This document shows positions 24,234 to 39,013 of a DNA stretch of 64,000 bases, in pieces. The DNA comes from Eledone cirrhosa (Eukaryota): NCBI GenBank assembly GCA_964016885.1, contig OZ024743.1, forward strand, positions 253,208,001 to 253,272,000. Direction: 5' to 3'. The translations under genes and the position numbers were made by a program. Under the pieces are notes generated by a model. That model worked only from the letters and a program-made list of their open reading frames with translations, was not told where the DNA came from and ran no database searches. Position 1 is the first letter of the stretch, and every line of letters begins with the position of its first letter.

Positions 24234-24469
24234 CGTGTGTGTGCGCGCGTGTGTGTATGGTGGGAAAGGATATGTAATTGCTCATGTAGGTATGTCGTCA
24301 TAGCATACGGTGTAACTTGGGCATTTTAAATCTGGGGCATCAATCCTTTCTCCGGAACTGATCACAGCCGATGTCTTCCAAAGATAGAGATAGAGATAGA
24401 GAGAGGGGGAGAGTGAGGGAGGAAGAGAGAGAAAGTGAGGGACATATATATAGATTCCATCCTAGGTCA

Positions 24470-24606
24470 CTCTGGTACTATTTTTTATCGATTTCGAAAG
24501 GATGAAAAACAGAGTTGACCTCGACGGGATTTAAAATTAAAGCGATGAGAGCCGACACAAATACAGCAAATCGTTCTACACGACGTTCTAAGGACTCTGC
24601 AATTCT
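24470..24606 (-). mobile_element. SINE fragment
   Basis: ttatcga..aaggatgaaa..gttgacctcg..ggattt family core. Confidence 0.6.
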
Positions 24607-24622
24607 CCCCCTATACACACAC

Positions 24623-24654
<32 letters not shown>

Positions 24655-24764
24655 TTATATATATATACATATATATATATGTAAAAGGTAAACAAACAAC
24701 AACACAATCGGTACAGTAAATGGGAGGGATATATTAGGTTAACGCTTGATATAGCAGGAAGAGG

Positions 24765-24802
24765 GTCTTAACGTTTCGGATGCTAGTCCTTCACCAGAAG
24801 AA
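24765..24802 (-). ncRNA. Degenerate minimal hammerhead in 3' pLTR
   Basis: tctt-CTGGTGA-agga-ctagca-tcc-GAAAC-GTT-aaga, with one core substitution. Confidence 0.55.
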
Positions 24803-24974
24803 AGAATGAGAAATAAGATATATTTAGGGGACGGGTGGGTTGGAATTGGAAAAAATGTCTTAAGATAAAAATGACAGGTCTTGTTGACATCTCTTGCAAA
24901 ATTGTTGGTGCTGGCGTTTTGTGTATGATTTATTTTTTAGAAAAGTGGATGATGGAGCGCGTCTACCTGAAATG

Positions 24975-25125
24975 GTTTCTTATATAGGCACAAGGCCAAC
25001 AATTTGGGGGGAGGGGAAAGTCGATTAAATCGACCCCACTGCGTGACTGGTACTTTATTTTATCGACCCCGTAAGGATGAAAGGCAAAGTTAACCTCGGC
25101 ATGATTTGAACTCAGAACTTAAAGA
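24975..25125 (-). mobile_element. SINE nested in Penelope 3' region
   Basis: ggcacaaggcc..gtcgattaaatcgacccc..ggtactttattttatcgacccc..ggatgaaaggcaaagt..atttgaactcag. Confidence 0.8.
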
Positions 25126-25464
25126 ATCCATAATATTGATTATATAGCCGTTCTACCTTCTATCTGAAATGAAAAAAAAAACGGTTTTGTAAAAAAAGCT
25201 ATACTTGTGCACGTGCGCGCGCGCGCGTTTGTGTGTGTGTGTGTTATTATACGTCCCTACGAAGCTAAGTAGAAGTGTGTGTGTATATGTGAGTAAAATA
25301 GTGTGTGTGCATGTAAGTACGAAGCTATGAGCAAAAGTATGTTATTATAAGGGTGTGTATGTGTCTATACAGAACAGTGAAGGGAAAAGTGGAATGAGCA
25401 TATATAGTCGGCCTGTATTAGTTGTAAGAGAAGATGTTAATGATCAAGAGAAAGCGATAGGAAT

Positions 25465-27900
25465 CTAGGAGTGTGACCTCCCCAATTTCTCTAATACCCT
25501 GTCCATTGAGTCCAAGAGGGGAATAGGACCCAAGGCGGTGAATTAGATTTGTTCAGTCCTGGTGCGCGAGGCCTGTGATCCATGATGTATAAGGACACAC
25601 AAGATTGAAACATGTAGGGAACAATGACCAGGAGAACAGAAATAACAGGCGACAGGAGTATCCAAACGGAGTCGTATGTTCTTCAAATACTCGGCAAAAC
25701 GGTCCGCCATACGGCGTCCCGTCTGTCCGATATATAAAGATCCGCAAAGCGAACATCGGAGGGCATAGACAACGTGGGTGGATGTGCAACCTAACGAGCT
25801 GCGGGTACGGAAAGACCCGTTAGGGTCTGTAAGAGAGGTGAGGGTGGAAATGAAGGGACAAGTTTTGCAGCGGGAACGGGAACAAGAATGATAGCCGGGT
25901 TGAGTCGTGGGAGAGGACGAGAAGGAACTGCGAACCAGGAGATCGTGGAAGTTGCGGGTGCGCTTAAAAGCGGTAATGCGTGGGTTTGGACAAAAACGAG
26001 AAGTGGCGGGGTCAGAAAAGAGGATGCGTAAGGTATAGAGGATATGTCGCCGGAGTGGTAGGGTGATGGGGTGGTGGTGAGAGGGAAACGAAGACGGTGT
26101 TGGGAGGGCGGGGTGAGGTGAGATGGCTGTGGTGTGGTATGTTTCACGGGCGTGGGTGAGAGCAGCTTGGATCAGGGTGGGTGGATATCCACGCTGGATG
26201 AAGCAGGAAGCCAAGAGAAAGGGAATGCGAAGGGAATCGTCATACTGGCCACAGAGCCGACGAAGACGGAGGAATTGGGAATAGGGTATGGAGTGTTTGG
26301 TGTGGGTTGGATGAGAGGATGTGAAGTCAAGGTAAGATTCGGAGTCTGTTGGTTTAATGAAGATGGAAGTAGAGAAGGTGAGGTGAGAGTGATTAATAGA
26401 TAGAGAGATATCTCAAAAGCGGCAGAAAAATCGGAGACGGAGGCGGTGAAATTGAGATCAGGATGGAAAAAAGAAAGCAAACAGTCGAGTTGTTCTCGTG
26501 ATAAAGAGGTGGTGCCAATACAGTCGTCGATATAACGACCGTATAGCTCAGAAGTCGGTCCAGCGTACTGGGAGAAGATCTGCGCTTCATCGTAGCCAAC
26601 AAACAAGTTGTCATAGTTTGGACCCATTCTGGCTCCCATCGCTACCCAGAGACCCGCTGATGACATTCACCCGAAAAAGAAAAGCCATTGAGGGCGAGAA
26701 CATGCTCAGCCCGACGGAGAAGACTGGTAGTACTGAGGTAAGGGTTAGGGCGTAAATCAAAACAATGTTGCAGAACGTGGAGGCCGCTATCACGAGAGAT
26801 GACGATATAGGATGAGATGGTGTCCAGGGTAAAGAGAAGGCGGGAGAGACCAGGAGAAAAGGAGAAGGAGTTGAAGAGTCTAAGGGCATGATTTGTATCG
26901 TGGATGGGGGAGGGGAGATTGCCGACTAACGGGGTGAGGATGGTGACTAAATATTCAAAAATTATCTCTGTGGGCAGTTGCACGCAGAAATGATAGGACG
27001 GCCGGGATTATTTTGTTTGTGTATTTGGGGGAGGAAGTAGATGGTGAGTGTGCGAGGGGTGCGTACAATAAGGTTGGTGGCTGTAGGGGATAGGAGAGAG
27101 GAGGAGATGAGATAGTGGATGGTGGAGGACACTAGTTGTTGGTAGCCAGGTGTTGGATCGGAGAATAAAGGGTGTTAAAAATAGGTATTGTGGAGCTGGC
27201 GGAGAGCCTCATCCCTAAGAGGTCAGCGCTCTAAACCGTCACAGCGCCACCTTTGTCAGCGGGTTTGATGACAATGTCATCGCGACACCGAAGGTTGCGA
27301 AGAACGGAGAGATCAGTTCGCGTGATGTTAGAGCGACGAGAATGCTGGCGGAAACGGAACCGACTCACAGTACGCCAGCAAGTATCGACAAAGGATTCGA
27401 GGTGCTGAACTGTCCAATGTGATTGCCGGCGACTGAGACGTGTAAAGTCATCCGTCTGTGTCGAAGATGGCGTGTCGGGAAAAAAAGCTTTCAGCTTTAA
27501 TCGACGGAAGAACCCTTCAATATCTGCATTTGTGCGGAACTCGTCGCAGATCGATGTGATTGGTATAAAACGCAAACCACGGGCGAGGAGGGAGCTCTCA
27601 ACTTCGGAGAGTGGTAGGTCCTGGGATATGTTGGCTACAGTGCAGGGAAGTGAGGGAGAGAAAGAGAGGGAGGCGGAGGGGTTAAGGTGGTTGGGCAAAG
27701 CGTGTGCAGATTCAGTGGTGGGGAGAGAAAAGGGGATGGGACGTGATGGGACGGAGGGATTAGGGTTGGAAGTGATTTGAGTTTGAGTGGTGACGGCAGG
27801 CGGGGAGCGGAGAGAGTTGTGTTTGTGTTTTTCTTTTATAGAAGTGAGGAAATTGAAAAGGAGGCGATTGAGGTAAAGGATGAATTGGATAAGGGACTGG
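25465..27900 (-). pseudogene. Penelope-like RT-GIY-YIG polyprotein
   Basis: LLARGLRFIP, IVIKPADKGGAV, GRPIISA, AMGARMGPNY, RYIDD, RGYP, a Cys linker CSRSRCKTC and VVYALRCSLCGSLYIGQTGR are present, with multiple frameshifts. Confidence 0.9.
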
Positions 27901-27986
27901 ACATGTATATCATTTTCGATTTTTTCTTTACTTAGACTACCTCCATTTTTGTATCTATCCTTTGTGATCCTGTCTCTATTTTTGTA

Positions 27987-28020
27987 CTCCTGAAGAAGGG
28001 CTGAATCCCGACACATCGAA
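27987..28020 (+). ncRNA. Degenerate minimal hammerhead in inverted 5' pLTR
   Basis: tc-CTGAAGA-aggg-ctgaat-ccc-GACAC-ATC-ga, with GAAAC mutated. Confidence 0.5.
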
Positions 28021-28218
28021 CCTTCTCTCCCCTTTTCCATATAAAGCGTGAAACTAATAAGACATGTTGTACATCTGTTTATTGTTTACTTGAACTATAT
28101 ACACTATACACACACATACACACGTACACACACATATATATATATGTATATATATATAAATATATATATATATATGTATATATATATGTATATATAAATA
28201 TATATGCACATATATATG

Positions 28219-28620
<402 letters not shown>

Positions 28621-28671
28621 TGTTTTCAGGCATTTAGAGCGATGAACTATGTGTTTGTTATATATGTATAC

Positions 28672-28729
<58 letters not shown>

Positions 28730-29200
28730 TGCGAGCTTTATGCTGGATATAGAAATGCTTGGCGGTCTTGGCTTAGTTAAAAAGACAAGCTGAAAAGTAA
28801 TCTTTTAGCAACCAATGAGACATTAGAGGATGTGGCCTTTGAAGGTAAGAACTTAAGATCTATGTTTCATAATGGGATCAGGAACTTCGATCCCGGTTGT
28901 ATCCATAGGCTATAAGAATCAAGAGGTAGGTGAAAAGCATTATCTAACATACCAGCATAATTATCCATTAAATCTCACTCTTGCACGACCTCTGAACTTA
29001 CTTGCAAACCCTAGGCAGTTCTAAAATGACATGCCAGATATAAACACTTAAACTGAATGAACTAAATAGGTCATTTGGATCCTCATACGTCGAAATCGAC
29101 GGATGACAATCATTTATATATATATATAATCAAGGTTTAGTAAATAGAGAAAAAAGTTTAAAAATAAATTTTAAAAAGTTTACTGTACTTACTATATTTA

Positions 29201-29285
29201 CACTTACCGCGCGGTTTCAAGTCTCAAAAAAATAAATGGATAATCCATGCGGAACAACATTGAGAAGGAGACTTTCGTCAGAGGG
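29201..29285 (-). ncRNA. Hammerhead ribozyme with long loop II
   Basis: ccct-CTGACGA-aagtctc...gagactt-GAAAC-cgcgcg-GTA-agtg, with a perfect 7-bp stem II and a palindromic loop III. Confidence 0.72.
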
Positions 29286-29295
29286 TTCTTCTCAC

Positions 29296-29418
<123 letters not shown>

Positions 29419-29512
29419 AAACGAAGAAAATGTGGTAAGGAGCCAGGTGGACCATAACGCACCAAAGTACTCAATACTTAGGGTAGTAGAGTGGGTAATA
29501 GGAACGAGTAGG

Positions 29513-29552
<40 letters not shown>

Positions 29553-30341
29553 CGATGAAATAGCGATGTAATATGAATGTGCGTATTGTATATTCAATAA
29601 TATGTTGTACGTTTATATTTAAATATTTTGAAGACCTTCGCTATGAATTTAAGGTTTTTGAACTGCGCACTCTGATCAGAATCGAAATGATCAGAACAAT
29701 CACAAAATGAGCCTCTTAAATTCTCTTCTTGTAGAACTCATAATAGTTGGAATCATTTGATATCTTAGGTCTTTGAACCATCTCCCTATTTACTGTTATT
29801 GTGACGGATAGATAGGTAGGTTCTTCATCAAAACGAGCCCCACAAGCTGAAGCGACTTTGCCAGGGTAGAGCCCTCGTTATACTACAGGAAAATACAAAA
29901 ATCCGTTCTGCCTACAAGGACCATGAGGTAACATCTATCCATTAGATGTTTTGTAAAGGACATAAGAAAGGAATATTGTCAATTAACGGTGTTTCGTGGC
30001 AATTCTATCCACCAAAACCATGAGACAATACACATCCGATATTTTATAAGCAATATGAGATGGTAAGTTTGTCAATGGTAATTCTGTCCAGTAGGAACAT
30101 AAGGTAACAACCATTGTAAAGGAATTGTGATTGTATTGTTATCAATTAATGGGTTTTTTTACAGTTGTGTAGCAGACAGTTAGACGTGACTGTTATTATT
30201 GTCACGGTGAAGCACAACAACAAAATAATCCCATAGTGAGATATATATGTGTCGGTGCATTTAGTAAATTGTTGCAGGTGCAATAATGTTAATGCACATT
30301 ATACTGCAGCAGCCAATGAAAGAAAGTGGCATCGTTGCATT

Positions 30342-30535
30342 TCTTCTTCTTCTTCTTCTTCTTCTTCTTCTTCTTCTTCTTCTTCTTCTTCTTCTTCTTC
30401 TTCTTCTTCTTCTTCATCTTCATCTTGTCTTCGCGATCTTCACCACCATCTCTTCCATCTTCTTCATCATCATTATCATCTTCATCATCATTATCACCAT
30501 AAACGTCGTCATCATCATCATCATCATCCTCATCT
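30342..30535. repeat. (TTC)n grading into (TCA)n microsatellite
   Basis: Directly visible. Confidence 0.95.
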
Positions 30536-30918
30536 CCTCCGCATCCCTCTCCCCTACACACCCGCTCCCTCTATATTCTGTCTAATGAATCAAATTCAAA
30601 TGGAAAGAAGAAATACTGAGAGAATCTGTTTCATTAAATTCTATTCATACAGACATACAGATGACAAAATAGTTTTTATATTATATTATATACACTGTAT
30701 GAATGGTAAGTGATATAATGTGTATAGGCATATATATGTGTGTGTGCGTGTGCGTGTGAGTGTGTGCGTGTATGTGTGTGTTATGGTAAGGATGGGTGTC
30801 TTTATATGCATGCATGTCTCTGAATGACTACATACATCCACATATGTATATAAACACACACATATATATACACACACTTGCGTGCACACATGCATATACA
30901 TGCATATACAGATATGCA

Positions 30919-31343
<425 letters not shown>

Positions 31344-32124
31344 TGAATGTGGATGCATCTATGAGGAACTCCAAATGCTTGCTTTTACATGTATGCTCAT
31401 CTAACTACGCTATATATCTTACCGAAAAATCAGGCCGTCAACAGCAGATCACTGTACTGCGATGCCTTAAACTAAATAAAATCTATGCAGTGCAATCTAT
31501 ATATTTCTATGTAGTTCTCTTTAGATTGATTGCATACACTTCATCACCCCACAGTCCATTAAATATCTGCTATAGTTCACAGTGTATGTGCCTCAGACAG
31601 ATGAGTTATAAAGATTAAAGGTTAACGAAGCTGACTTTGGAAGAAAAGATTCTATGTTGTCTCATCGACATTAGCGACAAGTAATCTGAGCGTTGTAGCC
31701 TAGATATTATCACTGAGTCAGTAGAAATAGAATTAAAACCACTACTGCCATAAACAATCTGTTCTTTCATTTATATATTTAGCATTACTCATCTAGGATT
31801 AAATGATCCAATGTTTCTTTACTTTTTTAAAGACAGCAGGGCATAATGTAAGTGAGATTTATATGTACTTGAAAAATATCTTATTTTTCCCTGTGTTATT
31901 TACAGGAGGTGAAGATCCATATGCTAATTCCGGGCTGTTATACAACTGACTTTTAGATTATGCACTTATTTATACAATTGATACTAACAATTGGCAATGG
32001 TCACATCAGCCCTGGTTTGGGTATATATAAATAATGTTAATATTTTTATTAATTGATTTGATTTATCGATGGGTTGATATTAGTTGTTTTGATTTTATTG
32101 ATAACCCTAATTATTGCCACTATA

Positions 32125-32312
32125 CGCTGGCTATTGTCCGCAGGAATGCTTTTGCAGTCATGTTCGTGGGAGCAGCTCCAATACCGCCGCGCCTTATGCC
32201 CAGAGCTCATCACCCTGCCCCTTCCCCTCTCCATTCTTCTGTGACACTAGAGTCCTTGCCTCTCTCTTCCTTTTCCTTTTACTTAAAAATAAAAGACATT
32301 GGAATATACTAT
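32125..32312 (+). mobile_element. Possible CRE-clade LINE 3' tip
   Basis: LAIVRRNAFAVM resembles the CRE C-terminal motif (LSIAxQRGNA) and the element at 63625-64000. It is followed by a pyrimidine tract and aataaa. Confidence 0.4.
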
Positions 32313-32576
32313 GTAAATCTACTTTGTTTAGTGAGTACTGTTTTTTATTTGCTTATATATATATTCAATATTTGAATAAATTAATCAGTTACCTTTATAT
32401 ACAAACCTATGAATACTTAACTATAACAGAAGAGAAGGTTCTCCCTTGCCTGTAAATCAAGACTAGATTTTCGTCTGTATCTAGAATTCACTTAAGTTAC
32501 CATTCAATAAGATAGTGTCTGGCACGTTGGTACGATGCCATAGGTGCTCAAAGCATCTTGTGGTAGTGTGATTTCG

Positions 32577-32655
<79 letters not shown>

Positions 32656-32834
32656 CTGTTGTATGCGAGAGTGTGTCACCACGTTAAATCGAATGCGACC
32701 CCTCTAATTTCTAGAATGTATTTCTTGTCCTCACATCGAATGATTGGGTAGCAGCTGTAATTAATTAGATTAGTTGTTCCAACCTGACAGAACAACATCG
32801 AATAATTTCCAAAACACTATTAGTATTACTATCT

Positions 32835-35800
32835 ACCTCGACGAAGACAGACGTGTTTTTGTTTCGCTCCTGCATTTTGTCGGAATTTATTACGAGAAGA
32901 GGTAGGTTTGTTTAAGCTACTTGTTATTTGTTGTGTTTAACCCTCGCCTGAGCCTGCAGGCGTTGGGTAAAATAAATTTCGCCCCTTTTGGGGGCGAAAT
33001 TTGATAGTTATAAGTTATCGATAAAAAGTCGTTTAGTGACAATGGACGCCATTAACACGAGGCATGCCACGCGCCCCAAGGAAAGTGATAGAGAGAAGGT
33101 AGCAGCACAACGCTGTAAGCCTTTCCTCCTCACTCCCGCAAAAGACACCACAGAATCAAAAAAAAATTCTGGAAATGGGTGAAGTTCTGGTCCAAATGAG
33201 ACCAGCACGGATAGCAAGAATACCGCTGCGTGTGTCCCTAGATGGAGTCGCTTTCATAAACATTTCTGTTGAAGGCAGGCGGCCTTCGTGCTACCACTGT
33301 TCAAGAAGTGGTCACATGAGGGCTTCCTGTCCTCTTTTAATTGCCCCCCCCCCCAAAAAAAAAGACGCTTCTGCCCACCCCACACACAACAACACGAAAG
33401 AATAACAACACAAGACACTGTCCCACCCAACCCTCCCCACCTAAAACAAATACAAAAGCAACCACAACAAAACCCCAAAATATACCTCTCTCCAACAACA
33501 CGGACGAGGACCCCTTATCAATGTCACCCAGTGACGACGAGGGAGAACCCTTTCAACCGGTAAAATGTAAGAAAAGAAGGCACCACATCAACCAAAATAC
33601 AACAAACACACAGCCACCAGCACAAAGAGAACAAACATCACAAACAAAAAAACCCACCCCCTCCCGAAAACATAACACATACTACAAAAGGCAAACACAC
33701 ACAAGAACAACAAACAAAAACAAACACAACACAACAAAAACAGTATACATACATCAACACAAACAACAAAACACTTGTGCAAATAATAGACAAAGACCCT
33801 TCGATGGAAACCGAAGGGAAAATGTTCACCAATGCGGCGACTAAACCGCATTTAAAAATGATTAGGATCCCAAGGGACACCTATGTAATGCTCAAACAGA
33901 ACCTTCTCGAGGACGGGGGAACCCCTGTACTAGACCTAGCAACCGCGTCCTCTTGAAATGTTTCCCCACCACACAGTGATGTCCCCCCCCCCTCCACCAA
34001 ACAACCCCGCCAACACCCCCATGGAAATTGTGCAGCCTGGTCCCCAGGAGAAGGACAGGTAGTGTATTTTCCTTTTTATCCACTCTAAACTCTTCACCAC
34101 CAACATGGCTGTTATAAGAATTGGATGTTTAAATGTGCGCGGCCTGGGGATGTCCTGGAAGCAGGGTAAACTCTTAAATGACCTCAGGTCGCACAGGATG
34201 GATGTGATAGCTATTTGCGAGTCCAGGATCAGCAGCGAGCACCAACTGGCACCCATCTTCGACGACTTTGAGATCTATGCATCTCTCTGTCAGTCAGGGG
34301 GTTGGGGTGGGGTGGTCGTTCTGCTGCGAAAACACCTGGACCTCGCAACAAGGAAGGTACACCTGGACCCGGAGTGCCAACTGGTGGTTCTAGACGTCGG
34401 CAGTAGTGAAGGTGGAGCCTTCAGGCTGGTGGCAGCGTATGCCCCATCTGGGACACCGCGACCGGACTTCTTCCAACGCCTAGAGACTTTTCTGGGAACG
34501 TCTCGCTCCTTGCTTTTAGTGGGGGCTGGAATGGTATCCTGGATGCACGATGGGACTATGTAGGGGCATGTCCCGATAGAGCTGTGTTTAACAGCCTCAA
34601 AGGGTTAATCGGCTGATTTGATCTGGCCGATAGATATCGGCTAGATTTTCCGACTGTGCCACTGTGGACGTGGTCTAATCGTAGCGGAACATCTATGTCG
34701 TACCTAGATAGGTTCCTAGCTAGAAATAAGGATAGGGACATATTAAGCTGTCCACGAATGTTCATGGTTGACTATTCGGATAACAAGTTGGTTACCGGAG
34801 TGGTCAACCTTGATAGAACCCAGAGACAAGGAGCCGGTTACTGGAAGCTAAACTTGTTCTTACCGACAAGCAAAGCTTACAATAAGCGGATTAGCACTCT
34901 AGTTAAGCAGCGGTTGACGGGGCAATTGTCAACAGCAGGTGGTGTGGCTCTCTCAAGAGAGAAATTAGAATAGAATCGATAGGTTTTAGTCGGGAATTAG
35001 CATCAGATAGGAATATAACTGAAAGGAATTGATAGATAGAGTAGAAGACGCGGTTAGGAGTGACAACGTGGCCGGCGTGCTAGCGTCAAGAAGGGCCCTA
35101 GACCAGTTCTTTGACGCGAAGCACGAGGGCTGCGTGATCAGGAGTAAAATACGTGCTCTGGGTAACGAGGGAGCCAAAGCTGTTAGCTGGGCCCGAGTGA
35201 CAGGCAAAAAGTGGAAACAAGTCTACGATTCGGACTTTGAAGGACCAGGATGGACGCGTGATCCTTGAACCTGAAGGGATGTGCGCGGCCTTTCAACGGA
35301 GCTTTGCACGACTGTTCGGGAGGGGCGGCGGGCCGGGTGGGGCCATGGATTTCTGTCCATACCTCGACGGTCTGCCGCGGCTCTCGGACGGGGAGGCCAT
35401 AAACCTGCGAAAGGCTGATTTCAGCCGCCGTGATAGGGGAAGCGCTGAGCCAATGCGGCAAACGCAAATCTTCCGGTCTCGATGGTCTACCATACGAACT
35501 TTATGTAGCGATGCTGGACTTGTTCTCCAATCTCCTCGAGGCGGCCTACTGCAACTGGCAACAGAACGGGAGTAGTCCCAGTTCTGTTACCAAGGGCGTA
35601 GTCACGCTGGTGAGGAAGGGCGAGAACAAGGAGGATGACATAGATAACTTCAGGCCCATATCTCTGCTAAACACAGAGTTAAATACTTTGGCCAAGGTGT
35701 TAGCGAAGAGGTTGGCGCTTGTCGTCGGGAACCTGCTGGGAGAAGCGCATACATGCGCAATGCCGTCCAGGTCCATACACCACAACCTCCACCTCATGCG

Positions 35801-37800
35801 ATACATCTTAGAGAGGGTAGGCAACGAACCCGGCTTTGGTGGGGCCCTGATCAACTTGGATCAAACTAAGGCGTTTGAGAGGGGCGACCATCGGTACCTG
35901 TAAGCGGTGCTCGCGGCGGCTGGCTCGGACCCGTTTTCAGGGGCTAGATTGCTGCAATGCACAGCAGCAACACCTGCTCGAGGGTCAAGGTGAATCGCTA
36001 CCTCTCGGGGTGTTCCAAATCGCGCGATCCATCCGAGAGGGATGCCCTCTCTCCTCCCTTCTGTATCTGCTGGCTCTCGAGCCACTACTGTGGAAGTTGG
36101 AGCTGTTGCAGGGAATCCCCTTGGAACTGGGATTGCGGAAAGCGGTGTCGGCCTACGCCGATGACGTGACACTAATGGTGTCGTGCGCCTCGGAAATCGA
36201 GCAGATCGGCACTTTACTGGAGGAATACGAAAGGTTTACAGGAGCCAAGCTGTACAGGGACAAGTCCGTTGCTTTGCAACTCGGAACGTGGAGAGGCAAA
36301 CCGATGCCCTCCGATGGCGTCATCGGATGCTGGACGGATGGACCGGTGAAGCTGCTCGGGGTCTGGTTCGGACCGGACCTCCAGGTGGAGAAAAACAGGG
36401 ACGAGTTAACGGGAAGGGTGTTTGCACTCGCCCAGAAGTGGGCAGAATGCAAACTATGCCTGAAAGGTCGAGCGGAGGTGGGGAACACTTATATAGCGTC
36501 CGTCATTACTACTGTCTGATCGTCGTGCCTTGCCCAGCGGAATCGCTCGCCAAAATGGAGCGTGCGCTCTTCCGATTCCTTTGGAAGAAGCGGGCCTCTT
36601 TGGTGAGAAGATCCATCTGCTGTCAACACTCTTCGAACGGAGGGCTGGCGATCCGTGTCTGACGATGCGTAGATACGCATTAAGGCTACGGCACCTCCAG
36701 GTATTCCTCACCGGTCAGCCGGTGTGGGCCCCTTTTGTGAGGCGAGCCTTTCCGAGACGCGTCTCACTCACCGAGCTGCAATCCTGGGTCAAGCAAAGAC
36801 CGATAAAAATGGGCGACTGGCACATTGAATGTGCCCAGGCGCTCACAGCCCTTTGACAAGCGGATCCGGCAATCAGTGGAGACTCAACCTCAACATTCTA
36901 TAGATGGTTGGTGCGCATCAAGTTCGACGACGGTCTCGGAGAGGCTCTGGGCATGAAGGAAGACGAGCTAGCCAGTCTGTTCGGTAGGACGTTTGGCCCG
37001 AGCGCGATGGACAATTTCCAAAAGTTCCTGGCTGGGCAGTGCTACCGAGGAGCTCTACCCGTTCGGGATAAGCTCTACAGACACGGGCGCCCGGGTAGGG
37101 AACCCTCGAAGAAGATCTGTCCGAGATGCGTCCGTGACGAGGAAACCGTCGCGCACGCATTCGATCACTGCCCGGGCGTTGCTGACCTGTGTGGCTATGT
37201 GGAACGACTACTGTCGCGGGTGTGACCAATCCGGTTGACCACCGAGTACATTGTCACGATCAAACCGCCTCCCCCTTCAAAAACGAAGGAGAGGTTGTTT
37301 TCCTCTGTGTGATATCTATGGCGAAAGAGGTTGTATGGTGGACGAGGTTGAAAGGGCTGAGGTCAGACACTTTTCTCTCCGGCCAACAATTGGTCCTTTT
37401 TTTCAAGTACCATTTTAGAAGAAGGATCAGAATGGAGAGAGAGGTGCTCTACCGCAGGTACCGCAAGTTTTATGAAAGGTGGGTGAAAGTGGCGAGAATG
37501 GCCCGAGTGAATGGGCCTTGTCTCTATATCAGCCTGTATGTGAGAGAGGAGAAGAAAGAGGAGAGGAAGTGAGCACCCGCTCTTTGTGCTCCTGAGGAGG
37601 AGGGTTGCACATTTTTTTCGGGGGTGTGTGCGACCTACGTCAACTCCTCCTCCCTACTGAGAACTTCGATTATTGAATTTTATTTGTTATATGTTTTTAC
37701 ACGTCCATTGAAATGTACGTAACCCCCCCCCCCCTTGTATTTGTCCCAATCTTTGACGCCCTGGTGGCAAATAAATAGAAAGTTATCTATCTATCTATCT
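32835..37800 (+). mobile_element. Tx1/L1-clade LINE copy C (ORF1 internally deleted, ORF2 frameshifted)
   Basis: 5' UTR hairpins, ORF1 33042-34062 with CYHCSRSGHMRASC, ORF2 34105-37572, and a 3' end ggcaataaatagaaagt-(TATC)4. Confidence 0.92.
34105..37572 (+). pseudogene. Tx1 ORF2, copy C
   Basis: CLNVRG, YAPS, GYWKLN, NFRPISLLN, LDQTKAF, REGCPLS, AYADD and ICPRCVRD..HAF.HC are present, with many frameshifts and stops. Confidence 0.92.
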
Positions 37801-38598
37801 ATAGCGTCCGTCATCTACTACCGCTTGACCGTTGTGCCTTGTCCAGCCCAAACGCTCACCAAAATCGAGCACGTGATCTTCCAATTCCTTTGGAAGAAAC
37901 GGGCTCCTTTGGCGAGAAGATCTATCTGCTGCCAACACCCTTCAAATTGAGGGCTGGGGATGCCGTGGCTGACGATGCGCAAACACACGCTCAGGCTGCG
38001 GCACCTCCCCGTATTCACCACCGGACAACCGGTGTGGGCTCCGTTCATGAAGCGAGCCTATCCTCGACTCGTCTCGCTGACCGAGCTGCAGTCCTGGGTC
38101 AAGCAAAGACCGTGGAAAATGGGTGACTGGTACATCGAATGTGCTCAGGCGCTCACAGTCCTCTGGCAAACGGGCCCGGCGTTCAGTGGAGACTCCACTT
38201 CGACGACATTCTATAGAGGGTTGATCCGCAGCAAGTGCGACGACGCGCTCTCAGAAACTCTGGGCGTAGAGGAGGACGAACTGGCCAGTATGTTCGGGAG
38301 GACCTTCGGCCCGGGACCAATGGACAACTTCCAAAAGTCCCTGGCCTGGCAGTGCTACCGAGGAACTCTAACAGTTCGAGACAAGCTCTACAGACATGGG
38401 TGCCCGGGTAGGGACCCTTCGAAAAACATCTGTCCGAGATGCGTGCGCGACGAGGAAACTGTCGCGCACGCATTTGTACACTGCCCGGGCGTTACCGACC
38501 TGTGGGGCTATGTAGAAAGATTATTGTCGCGGGTGGGACCAATCCAGTTGACCTCCGAGTCCATTGTCATGATCAAACCGCCACTCTCCTTCAAAAAC
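37798..38598 (+). mobile_element. Tx1 copy D, ORF2 C-terminal fragment starting directly in the (TATC)n tail of copy C
   Basis: IASVIYYRLTVVPCP..MPWLTMRKH..ICPRCVRDEETVAHAFVHC..IKPPLSFKN. The 3' end is missing. Confidence 0.9.
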
Positions 38599-38953
38599 GG
38601 TCAAAGAGAAGAAAGACAGAAAGGAAGAAGAAATGTCTGCGTTAATGTCATGCTACAAGACCGGGGGGTTAGTAGCACACTATAAGCATTAGCCCCCTCA
38701 CCAGATAGCCTTAAGTAGGCCGAATGGGCAGCACTTCAGGGCGACCGGCTAAAGTGGAAGATGCTAGATGGTCGGTCGTCCTCGGGTCTATGAATTTTAG
38801 CCCCATGGATTTTATCTGTTACATTCATTTATCATATTTCGAAGAATACCTTGTGATATCACCGGATTCATACAGAACCCGGTCATTGAAATGATCATAG
38901 TATAATAAACCTTTCAAGGATTTACACAAGTCCAGCCTCCTTTTATTTTATTA

Positions 38954-39013
<60 letters not shown>

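Larger units (their letters stand above)
24683..28098 (-). mobile_element. Penelope-like retroelement (Neptune-type), degenerate, with inverted 5' pLTR
   Basis: RT + GIY-YIG ORF remnants. Related hammerhead-bearing termini lie in opposite orientation at 24683-24802 (-) and 27987-28098 (+). Both flanks are (CA)n/(TA)n. Confidence 0.88.

Noticed and set aside
30249-30713. Ser/His-rich ORF
   Set aside because: Explained by (TTC)n/(TCA)n repeats; no domain or splice support.
31885-32020. Possible host exon after ccctgtgttatttacag
   Set aside because: Acceptor-like site only, with no convincing open frame, homology or partner exons.
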